Shown one piece after another: positions 1-10,936 of a DNA stretch of 64,000 bases. The stretch is from contig JAHBST010000002.1 of the NCBI GenBank assembly GCA_019638975.1, positions 201-64,200 of the forward strand. The letters are read 5' to 3'. Every line of letters starts with the position of its first letter. The first letter of the stretch is position 1. Below the pieces are notes generated by a model. The model was not told where the DNA came from and made no database searches. It saw nothing but the letters and a program-made list of their open reading frames with translations. A program made the translations under genes and the position numbers. The stretch is from Cryobacterium sp. (lineage in GTDB: Bacteria > Actinomycetota > Actinomycetes > Actinomycetales > Microbacteriaceae).

Positions 1-420
1 CTCAGATTGTGGTTTTTCGACCGCGTAGCCGAAGATCTCCGCCGAAGAGGCCTGGACGAATGCCACGGGCCGCTGCGCCCGGTCACGCAAAGATTGGGCG
101 GCGCCGAGCATCGCCGCGGCGGCAACACCATTGATCAGACCAACGCGAGCAGGATCCTCCCAGGACGATGCCACGGAGCTCAGTCCTCCAAGATTGAAGA
201 TCGCATCCGGCTCAATGTCGGCAATCAATTTGCCCATTTCCGCTGGGGCCCCGAGATCGCCCTGAACCAGATGAGCGTCGGGGACTATGGCCAGAAAAGC
301 AGCAGTCTCAGCGTCGTGCTCGCGAAACATTCCAGTGACGTGCCACCCGTCTGAGATCAACTGTTCGGCGAGGTAGCTCCCGGTTTGACCCGTGATCCCA
401 GTGACGAAGGCGGTAGGCAT
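1..420 (-). CDS. GDP-mannose 4,6-dehydratase-like SDR (second paralog, possibly GDP-4-keto-6-deoxy-mannose reductase); 3' end runs off the window
   Basis: Not in the ORF track. Manual translation from ATG at 420 gives MPTAFVTGITGQTGSYLAEQ...PDAIFNLGGLSSVASSW...FVQASSAEIFG, collinear with the adjacent Gmd; open to base 1. Confidence 0.85.
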   Translation of the reverse strand, partial: MPTAFVTGITGQTGSYLAEQLISDGWHVTGMFREHDAETAAFLAIVPDAHLVQGDLGAPAEMGKLIADIEPDAIFNLGGLSSVASSWEDPARVGLINGVAAAAMLGAAQSLRDRAQRPVAFVQASSAEIFGYAVEKPQSE

Positions 421-429
421 TGCAGATTC

Positions 430-1413
430 CTAGTCTTTGGTGGCGCGCTCACGTTCGAGATCGGAGTCCACCATCATCCGAACGAGGTCTTCGAAACTCA
501 CCTTCGGTTCCCACCCGAGAACTTCCTTGGCTTTGCTCGCATCTCCGACCAAAAGGTCAACCTCAGCAGGACGGAAAAAATCTGGATCTTGATAGACGTG
601 CTTGTCCCAGTTCGATATCCCCGCGTGATTGAATGCCACGTCAAGAAAAGAGCGGACCGAATGAGTATGGCCGGTCGACACCACATAGTCATCAGCTTCA
701 GGCTGTTGCACCATCCTCCACATGGCGTCGACATAGTCGCCGGCAAACCCCCAGTCACGCTGAGCATCAAGGTTGCCGAGCGCAAGCCGCTTCTGCTTGC
801 CGAGCGCGATGCGCGCGACCGCCATTGTGATCTTGCGCGTTACGAACTCGGGTCCGCGCATGGGAGATTCGTGGTTGAACAGAATGCCGCTCGATGCATG
901 CATTCCATATGACTCGCGATAGTTGATCGTCATGTAGTGGCCAAACACCTTTGCCACGCCGTATGGCGATCGCGGCCATAATAGTGTCATCTCTGACTGT
1001 GGCACCTGCTGGACTTTGCCAAACATCTCGGAACTCGACGCCTGGTAGAACCTGACCTTGCGTAGATCGTCTCCACTGTGGAGTCGGACGGCCTCAAGAG
1101 CGTTGAGTACTCCTTTCCCGGTGACATCGCTCGTGAGCGACGCGTTCTCCCACGAGTACGCAACGAACGAAATCGCGCCGAGGTTGTAGAACTCGTCGGG
1201 ATTCGCCTTGCCCAGCGCGCGAAGAAGACTCGACACGTCAAGGAGATCGCCGGTAAGGATCGTCACATCGGGCAGTTCCTCCCGAATGAAGTCGATCTTC
1301 GGGTTGTTTTGGCCACGGACTAATCCGTAGACCTCATAGCCCTTTTCGAGAAGTAGCTTGCTGAGGTAGTAACCATCCTGACCGGTCACACCGGTGATGA
1401 GAGCACGTGGCAT
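430..1413 (-). CDS. gmd: GDP-mannose 4,6-dehydratase
   Basis: [61 protein letters not shown] motifs; TAGTCT -10-like hexamer 6 nt before the ATG. Confidence 0.96.
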   Translation of the reverse strand: MPRALITGVTGQDGYYLSKLLLEKGYEVYGLVRGQNNPKIDFIREELPDVTILTGDLLDVSSLLRALGKANPDEFYNLGAISFVAYSWENASLTSDVTGKGVLNALEAVRLHSGDDLRKVRFYQASSSEMFGKVQQVPQSEMTLLWPRSPYGVAKVFGHYMTINYRESYGMHASSGILFNHESPMRGPEFVTRKITMAVARIALGKQKRLALGNLDAQRDWGFAGDYVDAMWRMVQQPEADDYVVSTGHTHSVRSFLDVAFNHAGISNWDKHVYQDPDFFRPAEVDLLVGDASKAKEVLGWEPKVSFEDLVRMMVDSDLERERATKD

Positions 1414-1487
1414 GCTCCAAGACTATCGGCAGCGGGTACGCTTCTTGAGTCAGTTGTTCGAACCGCTCATCACCGCGAAGGCCCACT

Positions 1488-2633
1488 GTGACCGACATCC
1501 TCCACGTCTTCGTTGACGCGACGGCGATCCCTCAAAACAGAGGCGGCGTCGGTCGCTATTTGGAGGGTTTGCTTCCTGCACTGAGCAAACTCGGAGTGCG
1601 ATTGACGATCGCCACCCAGGCTCACGACGTCGATTGGATGCGACAATTGGTTCCCGCAGCAACCATCAAGTCGCCAGGAAAGGCAGTTTCCACCCGTCCA
1701 CTTCGACTTCTCTGGGAACAATTCGGCATGCCGCGGGCCGCGCGTAAGGCGGGCGCCACGGTGACTTTCGGCCCGCACTACACAATGCCGCTGTTGACCA
1801 GGTTGCCGAGAGTGGTTGCGTTTCACGACGCCACCTTCTTCTCTCACCCTGAGCTCCACGGCCGATTGAAGCGCGTTTTCTTTCGGATGTGGATAAAGCT
1901 CTCACTTCGTCGAGTCGCTGTGGGCCTTGCATCCAGCGCCGCAACTCGAGACGAGCTCGTCGCGCGAGCGTCCGCTGATCCAGACCGACTACTTGTCTCC
2001 CTCCTCGGCGTGGAACGTGCGACATTCCACCAACCAAAAATGGAGGAACTCGATGATGCACGGGATCTCGTCGGTTCCAAACATTGGATCGCCTTCCTTG
2101 GCACGCTCGAACCCCGAAAGAACGTGCGCAACCTTGTGCGCGCCTTTCCTGCGGTACTTGCTAACCCCGCAGTGACCAAGCAATTTCCGGGGCTCGTGCT
2201 TGCTCTCATTGGCGGTGCTGGATGGGATTCCGAACTCGATGCGGTGATTGCGGGCTCGCCTGCCGCGCTAAACGTCCGACGCCTTGGCTATGTTTCGAGT
2301 TCGAGCCTGAGAGGGCTGCTCGGCGGATCTAGCGTGGTTGCGTATCCGAGTATCGCGGAGGGCTTTGGCTTGCCGGTAGTGGAAGCCCTGGCCTGTGGCG
2401 CTCCCGTGCTCACCACCCGCGCACTGTCACTTCCGGAGGTTGGTGGTGACGTGGCTTATTACACCGAGCCGGACGCTGATTCGATCGCTGCCGCACTCAT
2501 CGGCATTCTCACGGACCCAGACAGAGTGCATCGTGGAAAGCTCGGTGTCGCGCGCGCAGCTGAATTCACATGGGACCGAACAGCCAGAATTGTCCGGAAT
2601 GCGCTCATCACTGCCCATAAAGGCGCGACATGA
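1488..2633 (+). CDS. Glycosyltransferase family 4 (GT-B)
   Basis: GGVGRY N-terminus, FLGTLEPRKN, YPSIAEGFGLPVVEALACGAPV. Confidence 0.92.
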   Translation: MTDILHVFVDATAIPQNRGGVGRYLEGLLPALSKLGVRLTIATQAHDVDWMRQLVPAATIKSPGKAVSTRPLRLLWEQFGMPRAARKAGATVTFGPHYTMPLLTRLPRVVAFHDATFFSHPELHGRLKRVFFRMWIKLSLRRVAVGLASSAATRDELVARASADPDRLLVSLLGVERATFHQPKMEELDDARDLVGSKHWIAFLGTLEPRKNVRNLVRAFPAVLANPAVTKQFPGLVLALIGGAGWDSELDAVIAGSPAALNVRRLGYVSSSSLRGLLGGSSVVAYPSIAEGFGLPVVEALACGAPVLTTRALSLPEVGGDVAYYTEPDADSIAAALIGILTDPDRVHRGKLGVARAAEFTWDRTARIVRNALITAHKGAT

Positions 2634-3505
2634 CCCGTATTGCCGCGCTCATCGTCGGGTATCGGTCAAGCAGCGAAATAGCACCGATGGTCGCCACGCT
2701 CAGGTCAGGATTGAAAAATGAAGAGCTCTCAGTTACTGTGCACGTCATCGACAATAGCGGTGACCCTGAAGAGATCATCGCCCTTAGTAACATACCGGGG
2801 ATCGATCGGATACTGCCGAACGACCGAAATCTGGGCTACGGCGGAGGAATGAACGCACTGGCATCGACCCTCGATTCAAAGGTTGACTGGCTGTTGGTGT
2901 GCAACCCGGATATTCGATTCCTCCCTGGCAGCATCGAGTCTCTCGTTGATGCAGGAGCCCGCTACCCCAATGCTGCGCTGATTGGGCCGCTCATGAGAGA
3001 CGTCGGCGGAACGACCTATCCCTCGGCACGAGCGTTCCCGTCCATCCGCACCGGTGTCGGGCACGTTATGTTCGCGAATACCTGGCCATCGAACCCGTGG
3101 ACTGCCCGCTACCATCGCGGAGGTAGCAGCGCTGAACCAGTCGAGGACACGGTCGATTGGCTTTCCGGGGCATGTCTCTTGGTACGCACCGAGCCCTTCG
3201 CTCAGGTGGACGGCTTCGACGAAGGCTACTTCATGTATTTCGAAGACGTGGATCTGGCATGGCGACTGAACAAGGCGGGCTATGGCGCTGTATACGCTCC
3301 GTCATCGTCAATCGTGCATAGCGGGGCGCACGCGACGAGCGCACACGCAGAGATGATGCGAGACGCACACCATCGAAGCGCAAGTCGATTTCTCGGAAAG
3401 AGGTACGCCGTTTGGTGGCTATCGCCGTTGAAGTGGACTATGCAGTTTGGGCTCTATCTTCGGCGCGAGTTCGGCCGACGCCGGACGATTACTCCACCTC
3501 AATGA
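2630..3505 (+). CDS. Glycosyltransferase family 2, WbbL-like rhamnosyltransferase
   Basis: NLGYGGGMN, CNPD, DWLSGACLLVR, GFDEGYFMYFEDVDL; ATGA overlap with the upstream GT4. Confidence 0.9.
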   Translation: MTRIAALIVGYRSSSEIAPMVATLRSGLKNEELSVTVHVIDNSGDPEEIIALSNIPGIDRILPNDRNLGYGGGMNALASTLDSKVDWLLVCNPDIRFLPGSIESLVDAGARYPNAALIGPLMRDVGGTTYPSARAFPSIRTGVGHVMFANTWPSNPWTARYHRGGSSAEPVEDTVDWLSGACLLVRTEPFAQVDGFDEGYFMYFEDVDLAWRLNKAGYGAVYAPSSSIVHSGAHATSAHAEMMRDAHHRSASRFLGKRYAVWWLSPLKWTMQFGLYLRREFGRRRTITPPQ

Positions 3506-5249
3506 CGTCAATCTGGCAGTCAACAACGGGCGCGCCCTTTTCGTCATTGCACGTTGACTTGCTGCCGAAACTCGCGACCGTCGGCCCAAGAGCACTCAGG
3601 TCAATGGGTTCTTCCCCTTGTGGGGTGAAAAGGAGATAGTAATTGATGCCTGTCTTCCGCAATAGATCCTGGAATCGTGAATCGGTGACGTCGTAACCCT
3701 GCTGGGCACGACCAAAAACTTGGGAATTCAAGTAGAAGGCTAAGGTCAGTGTGGCGCGATAGTTGCTGCCGACGAGTTTGCTCCCCGGAGGAATTATGGT
3801 CGCTAGATTGCCCTCTGCGAGCTGTTGCGCAGCGGACGGCACAGGCTGCTTGATCAAATACACCAAACCGTTTGACGCAGCGATGGTGCTAAACGGTGCC
3901 GCTTTCCCGACACCGTGTTGGCCAAGCACCGCCAAGGGAATCAAAGCCATGAGCAATGCAGCAATTGCTCTGCGCCAGAACCGGCCGGAGGTCGCGACGA
4001 GCGCCCACACTCGCGGAAGCGCCACACACGCAATCAGCGTGGACAACGGAAGAAGTGGCCAATAATAGCGGGCGTTACCACCCCCACTCCCGGCCGACGT
4101 AATTGCGGCATATCCCACGAAGTACACGCCCGCCATAATTGTTCCGAGCATGATGAGAGGGGATGTGCGCAATCGAATCTTTCGCCAGAGGATTGCAATC
4201 CCGGAGCCAGCAAGGATGAGCACGGCCCACGGGGCAATCGATCCGATTTTCTGTATGTAGAACGGGAATGCCGCGATCCGCTCGGAAACGTAATAGCCCA
4301 ACCGCTGCATGATGCTGGCCGAAGATTGAAACGCAGGGCCTTCAACCTGCTCAGAGCGATCCTCGCCGAAGGAGACGGCGTTTGGGTTTGGTGGCGCCCA
4401 AAGCATCAGGGCGTTCGCACCCTCTCCTGGCCCCACAGGGTCGAACTTCGCCTCAATGTTGACAGCGAACGAGGACCCGGCCGTGAGCTCACCGTATTTT
4501 ACGCTGAGTGCCGCAATCCACGGTGTCGACAGCAGCAGCGCAACAGCAAGCGACAACAACCCGAGAGCAAGAGGTGAGCGGATCTCGCGCTTCCGCACGC
4601 TAATCCGATAGTGGGACAGGCGTGCAACAGCAATCCACGTCGCCAAAGTAGCGATGAATACCGGCACAAGGTAGAGCTTGGTCACGTAGCCCAGCGCGCC
4701 GGTGGCACCGAGAATGATCGCGTGCAATATCAGCTCTTTGGTTGAGGCGACGGGGAGCCGTCGCGACACGAAAACGAGTACCGACAGGAAGAGAAACACC
4801 CAAGCCACAACAAGCATGTCTGGGGTCACGTTGTAAAGATTTCCTGCGGTGAAGACGGCACTGCAAAAGAGGAAAATACCGGTGGCCCAAAAATGACCAC
4901 GAGTTGCCCTCCAGACCAACCAACTTCCGATGCCGGTGGCTACGAGACCCGCAATGCCGGATACCAGACTGAAGGCCAGAATTTCCGGGACGCCGAAACC
5001 GATCAAAGGGGCGGTGAGCCAGCTAATAAGCGGAGACCAATATGCGTTGACTGCTGTGTCCCATTGCCCGTGTGCATATTGCCTCGCAATGGAGATATAG
5101 GAGATTCCGTCGATGTTCCCCAGGATGTACCGGGATTTGATTGCACCGACAATGACGATGACGACCGAGATCAGGTATGCCGCCGTAAGGATCCACATTC
5201 GTCGGCGAACGATCGTGGCACTCGGCTTGGCGTCAGCAGCAAGACCCAT
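3489..5249 (-). CDS. Polytopic membrane protein, GT-C/ArnT-like glycosyltransferase (start uncertain)
   Basis: First TM followed by DGISYISIARQY...NAYWSPLISWL loop, many TM helices, GYVTKLY, NARYYWPLLP. Confidence 0.7.
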   Translation of the reverse strand: MGLAADAKPSATIVRRRMWILTAAYLISVVIVIVGAIKSRYILGNIDGISYISIARQYAHGQWDTAVNAYWSPLISWLTAPLIGFGVPEILAFSLVSGIAGLVATGIGSWLVWRATRGHFWATGIFLFCSAVFTAGNLYNVTPDMLVVAWVFLFLSVLVFVSRRLPVASTKELILHAIILGATGALGYVTKLYLVPVFIATLATWIAVARLSHYRISVRKREIRSPLALGLLSLAVALLLSTPWIAALSVKYGELTAGSSFAVNIEAKFDPVGPGEGANALMLWAPPNPNAVSFGEDRSEQVEGPAFQSSASIMQRLGYYVSERIAAFPFYIQKIGSIAPWAVLILAGSGIAILWRKIRLRTSPLIMLGTIMAGVYFVGYAAITSAGSGGGNARYYWPLLPLSTLIACVALPRVWALVATSGRFWRRAIAALLMALIPLAVLGQHGVGKAAPFSTIAASNGLVYLIKQPVPSAAQQLAEGNLATIIPPGSKLVGSNYRATLTLAFYLNSQVFGRAQQGYDVTDSRFQDLLRKTGINYYLLFTPQGEEPIDLSALGPTVASFGSKSTCNDEKGAPVVDCQIDVIEVE

Positions 5250-5316
5250 GTGGGTCAGACCCCCTTCGTCGCGGTCGGCACGCGGGCGGTCACTGGCGAA
5301 TACTCGATTAGACAAT

Positions 5317-6300
5317 TCACGATGGGTCACCACCTGAGGAATTGGCGCGCGGCTTCCTCGCCAGGCCGCGAACCGCCGCTGCCAACCCGAAGAATAAACC
5401 GTCAACCGCAAGACTCCACACTCGCATGAGCACAGAGACAATGACCGCGGCCTCAACGGGCATCAGCGCCGAAAAGAACAAAACCTGGACTCCTTCACGT
5501 ACTCCGATGCCACCAGGAGAAAACACAGCGAGCAGGCTCACGGCTGCCGCCACGCTCGAAGCCCCAACGACATACAGGAGATCGCTCCATCGTAGATCGG
5601 CGTACACGGCCTGTGCGATGAAGAAATACGAAACCCCGGTGATGAGTGTCGCTACCAAGTAAAGGAGCCCGCCGCTAACTATGGTCCGACCGTCTGGAAG
5701 ATCCTCTGTCTGGATAGTTCGCCGACGCACGATGCGATAAAGCGTGCGAACTCCGAAGCGGAACACGATCGGGATGAGAGCAATTACTCCGCAAATCAAC
5801 GCGATGATGGACACAATGGCGGCCCCGGATCCCAGTGCGCCCAAGCGCGGATCAAGTAGCAGGAGCCCGATTCCGACGATGAGAGTTGCAATCAGTTGAA
5901 GTGCACCCTCTAGGAGGCCGCTCACGGCCAACTTCGCCTTGGAAATGCCGTGCTGAGATGCGAAATAGACCTTTCCCAGGATCCACGTTCCTGCACCAAG
6001 GAGATAACGCCCTAACCAAGCTTTCGCGTAAACGTAGCTCAATTCGATCCAGGCGTATCGAATTCCGAAAGCACCCAGCCGTTCCAGCAGAAAAAGCCAG
6101 ATTCCCGCGCCCCAATAACGGAACACCAGCGCGAGGACCGTAGCAAGAACAAGCCAAACCCAATTGAGCGTAAGGTTCTCGAGACTCGCCCAATCGATCT
6201 TTGAAAGGTAAATCGCGATAAATACCACAACGAGAATTGCAAAGGCGATCTGAACTATCTGGCTCAGCGTTATTCGCTTGCGCGGCATCCTCATTTTCAC
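5317..6300 (-). CDS. Lysylphosphatidylglycerol-synthase TM-domain / flippase-like membrane protein
   Basis: About 8 TM segments, WLGRYL and SPGGIGVREGV motifs typical of the LPG_synthase_TM family. Confidence 0.8.
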   Translation of the reverse strand: MKMRMPRKRITLSQIVQIAFAILVVVFIAIYLSKIDWASLENLTLNWVWLVLATVLALVFRYWGAGIWLFLLERLGAFGIRYAWIELSYVYAKAWLGRYLLGAGTWILGKVYFASQHGISKAKLAVSGLLEGALQLIATLIVGIGLLLLDPRLGALGSGAAIVSIIALICGVIALIPIVFRFGVRTLYRIVRRRTIQTEDLPDGRTIVSGGLLYLVATLITGVSYFFIAQAVYADLRWSDLLYVVGASSVAAAVSLLAVFSPGGIGVREGVQVLFFSALMPVEAAVIVSVLMRVWSLAVDGLFFGLAAAVRGLARKPRANSSGGDPS

Positions 6301-7598
6301 CTATCCATCAGAGGGGCGAGTAGCGCATCAAAGTGGCGTACGGCGATGGTTTCCCAAGAGAAAGACTGCGCCAGGGACCGGGCTCGTTCGCTCATTTGCG
6401 CACGAGACTTGTTACTTTCGCGGTGAAGATCCAGCAGTCTCTCCCCCAGTGCGACGGCGTCTCGTTGTGCGCACAACATTCCATCGACCCCATCCGTGAT
6501 GATGTCATCCGCCCCACTCTCATTGGTGGCGATACAGCAGAGGCCGTATGAGAGGCCCTCAAGCAGTGCCACGGGAAGTCCTTCCGCATCTCCATCTGAC
6601 GTAACGATCGAAGGGACGATCATGACGTCGGCCGATCGCAAGTAGTCGCGCTTCGACTCTCCAGTCACGTAACCCACGAATGTCACTCGCGACGCAAGGC
6701 CGAGCGAGGCCGCCTGTCGCTCCAGATCTTCACGCAGTGGGCCGTCACCTGCCACAACCAAAGTCCACTCGGCCAGTTGACTGCCGACGAGTGCCAACGC
6801 ATCGAGAAGGTATGTCAGGCCTTTCTTCTCCACCAGCCGACCAATGAAGAAGTACATGGTGCCGCTTCCGAGACCGAGCGAAGACCGAGCGCTCGCTCGC
6901 TCCGCGACGCTCACGCTAGTTTCCCGCGTCGGAACGCCCATAGGGATGACGTGAATCGACGGACGGTCCGCGCTCTCTGTGAGAAATCGCAATAGCTTGT
7001 CACGCGAACGACTACTCACAGCGGTGATTGCCGATGCTCTGGCGGACACTGAGCGCACTAGTCTCTTGCCGATCACAGGGACGCGATTCCACACATCAAC
7101 ATCCGATGCGTGGGTCGTGAAGACGAACGGAACACCGACACGGCGTGAGACTCGCGCTGCCACGACGGCCTGGGGGGTAAACCAGTGCGCATAGATCACG
7201 GACGGCAGCAACTCGCGGGCGAGTCTGAGCGTCGCGGCATATTCGCCAAGAAACAGGAACGGAATGACGGCAAGGTAGAGCGGGTTCGCCTTGAGAGCCG
7301 GCATGATTCCCCGCCCGGCCAGCTTCTCCGCTCGTCGCGGCCAGAAGTAATGGAACCGATGTTCGGTGTAGTGGTCATGCTCGACGAATGGGTGTGTATT
7401 CGAGCGCCGGTCGTGGGGCGCAAGTACGTGAAACGCGACATCCGGATAACGTCGGCTCAGGGCGATGACCTGGTCCTTCACGAACGCTGGCACCGGGTCA
7501 TCTTCGGAGGACGGGAAGGTCGAAGCCAACACCAGCACGGTATTGGATGGCGCGAATGTCACCCTCGTTGGCCCGAAATCATGCGGACCCGCGCCCAA
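6297..7598 (-). CDS. Glycosyltransferase family 4 (start may be ~50 nt downstream)
   Basis: VLASTFP, YAHWFTPQ, FFIGRLVEKKGL, DGDAEGLPVALLEGL. Confidence 0.9.
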   Translation of the reverse strand: MGAGPHDFGPTRVTFAPSNTVLVLASTFPSSEDDPVPAFVKDQVIALSRRYPDVAFHVLAPHDRRSNTHPFVEHDHYTEHRFHYFWPRRAEKLAGRGIMPALKANPLYLAVIPFLFLGEYAATLRLARELLPSVIYAHWFTPQAVVAARVSRRVGVPFVFTTHASDVDVWNRVPVIGKRLVRSVSARASAITAVSSRSRDKLLRFLTESADRPSIHVIPMGVPTRETSVSVAERASARSSLGLGSGTMYFFIGRLVEKKGLTYLLDALALVGSQLAEWTLVVAGDGPLREDLERQAASLGLASRVTFVGYVTGESKRDYLRSADVMIVPSIVTSDGDAEGLPVALLEGLSYGLCCIATNESGADDIITDGVDGMLCAQRDAVALGERLLDLHRESNKSRAQMSERARSLAQSFSWETIAVRHFDALLAPLMDR

Positions 7599-8622
7599 GA
7601 ATCTGGTCGAGGAAGCCCGAAAGGTCGCTAAGGTCGAGCTGTCGCGTATTCACGTATGCAATGAGGCCGCGCTTCAGCAGAACCTTGCGAATCGTGGCGT
7701 GCTCTAGTTCGCGCGACGCCGCCAAGAGCTCCGGCTCCTCCTCGAAAAGCTCGGCAAGACTGTCGTTCAGATCGGCCGATTGGGCAATTCCTTCAGCGAT
7801 TTCGTCGACGTTCTTCGGTGTCACAGTGACGACGTCGACCCCGGGACCGTCCTTGCGAAGGAACGCAATGGCACCGATCGGAGACGACTCTCCAAAGATA
7901 TCCCCGTCGAATATCTCGTCGGCGTGGATTCGGGTGGAGATGAGAAATTCCGTTCTCAATATTCGTTCCAGCACGAATCGAATGGCGTTTTTGGCATACA
8001 CCGCGAACCTGTATTTGAAGGGGATCTTCGCTCCGCGCAGGTTGCGCACGTTATAAGTGAAGATATGCAACGGTCGCGCATAGGGGTGGACTTCTTCTCG
8101 CTCAACATCCACCAAAAGGAGGTCGTCTCCGAGAAGCCGATAGCCCTGATTGAGGAGTGCAATGCTGAGCGTCGTCTTACCTGTGCCTCCATAAGCTGGA
8201 AGCAGAATCCCGATGCCGCCGCCCGTCACACCGCCGGCATGCATGAGAAGGATGCCTTCTTCCAGTAATTTCTGGTACATGACCGGTTCAAGAACTTGCG
8301 CTTGCAAGTAAACGCCGACGGCATTCATATAAACCCGATCGACCCAGTGCCGTTGAAAGTAGATCGTGACTTCGCGACTCGACATGCCACGCACGAGATA
8401 GTGAAACGTGAACAGCCTCTTGAATCGAACAGTCTTGATGAGATCACCAGACTTGATTTCCGGCAGGTGACGAACGATCTCGACGTTGACGATGGGTGCA
8501 GAATCTGAGCCAGGACCAAAGTGTGAAATTCGGGCATATTCGTTGTCAAAGTACTTCAGGTAACCACGGTGACGTGAGACCAATCGCACCTGAAGATACC
8601 CATAAAAGTCAAAATTGGTCAA
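7579..8622 (-). CDS. HPr kinase-related P-loop NTPase/kinase
   Basis: LLMHAGGV...LLPAYGGTGKTTLS...GYRLLGDDLLLVD gives the His, Walker A and DD signature of the HprK/PEPCK-like fold; overlaps the downstream GT4 start. Confidence 0.75.
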   Translation of the reverse strand: MTNFDFYGYLQVRLVSRHRGYLKYFDNEYARISHFGPGSDSAPIVNVEIVRHLPEIKSGDLIKTVRFKRLFTFHYLVRGMSSREVTIYFQRHWVDRVYMNAVGVYLQAQVLEPVMYQKLLEEGILLMHAGGVTGGGIGILLPAYGGTGKTTLSIALLNQGYRLLGDDLLLVDVEREEVHPYARPLHIFTYNVRNLRGAKIPFKYRFAVYAKNAIRFVLERILRTEFLISTRIHADEIFDGDIFGESSPIGAIAFLRKDGPGVDVVTVTPKNVDEIAEGIAQSADLNDSLAELFEEEPELLAASRELEHATIRKVLLKRGLIAYVNTRQLDLSDLSGFLDQILGRGSA

Positions 8623-8815
8623 CGTTCCTCCACCTCAAAGCCTCGCCAATTCTAGTCGGCAACCCAGTCAAGACTAGCCAGCAGCAACCTTGCCGACGGT
8701 CGGATCGATGCGATGGGCAGGCGCGACCAACCAGAACCTGAAATTGATAATCCTTTGACGGGTGGGGCGACTAATCGATTCGGCCATCTTGCCACTGCAG
8801 AAGTAACATCGGCTG

Positions 8816-10936
8816 GTGCCAAATGCCACCCCGACTAGAGATGTTGTCGCCGCACACCACGCCAAGCAGACGCGGAAAGAAATTCAGGCGTTGCGCGCTT
8901 TCGCCGTGATTGCGGTGGTGCTTTATCACATGTGGCCGTTACGAATGACGGGCGGCTACACCGGAGTTGACATTTTCTTTGTCATTTCGGGTTTCTTAAT
9001 TACGGCACACCTTCTTCGTGAAGTCGAAAAATCCGGGCGAATCAGTCTTTCTCAGTTCTGGGCACGGCGCGCGAGACGACTACTACCGGCAAGCCTCGCG
9101 GTAGTTGTCGTGAGCGCGGTCTCCACACTCATTTTTGTGCCTCAGAGCTATTGGCAGCAGTTCTTTCGCGAGTTCGGGGCGAGCTCGATATACGTCCTCA
9201 ATTGGGTGCTTGCTTCAGACGCCGTCGACTATCTGGCCTCGACCAATCAGCCGTCGCCAGTCCAACATTATTGGTCACTATCGGCAGAAGAGCAGTTCTA
9301 TATCTTGTGGCCGCTCCTAATTCTGTTTGGGGTGACGATCGCCCGACACTTGGCTAAGGTTGGGCGCTATAGGTCAATCCTGTTGGTTCTAGCAACCGCG
9401 GTGGCCGCATCTTTCGTCGCATCAGTCGTCTTGACCAATAACGATCCCGCGAGCGCATATTTTGTTACCACGACGCGGGCCTGGGAGTTTGGTATAGGTG
9501 GAATTCTTTCCTTCATGGCCGATTCTCGTTCGACCGTCACCCGAGATCATGGAGAAGTTGGACTGCGGACTGCTGCGAGTTGGGCGGGTTTGGCCACGCT
9601 TGTTGGGGTCGTGTTCTTCTATACGGAAAGTACACCGTTCCCCGGCTGGACTGCAGCAATACCGGCACTCGCAACGGCGCTAGTAATTTGGGCAGGTACT
9701 CAGCAGGGGAAGTTTTCGGCGGCCTGGCTCATCTCTCCTCGGCCCATACAGTGGTTTGGCGACATCTCCTATTCACTATATCTGTGGCATTGGCCACCGA
9801 TAGTCATCGTCCCTTTTGTCACCGGGCACTCGCTTACATGGCTAGAGAAGATTCTCGTTCTTGGTACGGCAATTCTTCTTGCGTGGCTAACGAAGCTCTT
9901 TGTCGAGGACCCAATCCGCACTACGGCCTTCTTTACTTTGCGTCGACCTAGACGGACATTTCTGTGGATGACTGCAAGCATGGCAATTGTGGTTGGCGCC
10001 AGCGGGATTGCATGGGTAGTTCTCGAGGCGCGAACCACACAGTCTGTTCAGACAACAGCTGCACTCGTGGAGGCGGGGACGCCCTGCTTTGGGGCAGCAG
10101 CGGTCGATCCGCGAAACCAACCGTGTGACAACGCATCTTTGCATGGAAAGCTGTTCCCGGACAGGGCGGCGGGCCAAACTGACGGAGTCATCGATAAGTC
10201 ATTGGGTTGTCGAGTATCCAAACGCGACCCCCAGGTGAAGCTATGCAATTTCGTCAAGGGGGCCACAAAGGTGGCGCTCGTCGGCGATTCACATGCGGAA
10301 CAGTGGCTCCCTGCACTTCGGATTTATGCCGAAGCACACAATTGGCGGCTCGACACCTACCTTAAAGGTGGTTGTCCGTTCTCGGACGTAATGCGATCCA
10401 ACGATGCGACAGATGGTAACGGCACGTGCCAGACATGGAATGATGAAGTCAAGAATCGACTCATTGCGGGCGGATACCAAATCATCATTACCTCCCAGTT
10501 AACAGGGGTGGACTTTGTCCACCTGGCGGGAGAAACAAGCTTCGAGGCCGCAACTCGTGGCCTAATCACGCGGTGGACCTCTTTGGAAAGCAAGGGAATC
10601 CGAGTTATTGCGATACGCGACAACCCAACCCCCATTGTCAGGGTGCCCAGCTGCCTTTCTGCGCTAGGTAACGATGCCGTGGATCGCGCCCGCGAATGTG
10701 GAGCCCCAGAGTCTTCCTCGTTGCATCCTGACCCACAAGTTGGTGCGGCACTGAAGTCCGGCGCCGACCTGATCGACTTAACCGCTTACTTTTGCCAGAA
10801 CGATTTCTGCCCGGCAATTACCGGGTCAGTCATAATCTATCGCGACGACAGTCACTTGGGCGGAACCTATTCCCGCACATTGGAGCCATTTTTGGGCGAA
10901 AGACTGGATTCGCTTCTCAACTTGAATTCAAAGTGA
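8816..10936 (+). CDS. Acyltransferase family 3 fused to SGNH domain (OafA/OatA-like O-acyltransferase)
   Basis: RKEIQALRAFAV, GVDIFFVISGFLIT, HYWSLSAEEQFY, GDISYSLYLWHWP; C-terminal VGDSHA and YRDDSHL. Confidence 0.93.
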   Translation: MPNATPTRDVVAAHHAKQTRKEIQALRAFAVIAVVLYHMWPLRMTGGYTGVDIFFVISGFLITAHLLREVEKSGRISLSQFWARRARRLLPASLAVVVVSAVSTLIFVPQSYWQQFFREFGASSIYVLNWVLASDAVDYLASTNQPSPVQHYWSLSAEEQFYILWPLLILFGVTIARHLAKVGRYRSILLVLATAVAASFVASVVLTNNDPASAYFVTTTRAWEFGIGGILSFMADSRSTVTRDHGEVGLRTAASWAGLATLVGVVFFYTESTPFPGWTAAIPALATALVIWAGTQQGKFSAAWLISPRPIQWFGDISYSLYLWHWPPIVIVPFVTGHSLTWLEKILVLGTAILLAWLTKLFVEDPIRTTAFFTLRRPRRTFLWMTASMAIVVGASGIAWVVLEARTTQSVQTTAALVEAGTPCFGAAAVDPRNQPCDNASLHGKLFPDRAAGQTDGVIDKSLGCRVSKRDPQVKLCNFVKGATKVALVGDSHAEQWLPALRIYAEAHNWRLDTYLKGGCPFSDVMRSNDATDGNGTCQTWNDEVKNRLIAGGYQIIITSQLTGVDFVHLAGETSFEAATRGLITRWTSLESKGIRVIAIRDNPTPIVRVPSCLSALGNDAVDRARECGAPESSSLHPDPQVGAALKSGADLIDLTAYFCQNDFCPAITGSVIIYRDDSHLGGTYSRTLEPFLGERLDSLLNLNSK

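Noticed and set aside
7579-8622. HPr-kinase-like gene as part of a lasso peptide/RiPP cluster
   Set aside because: No precursor peptide, PqqD/RRE, B protein or lasso cyclase nearby.
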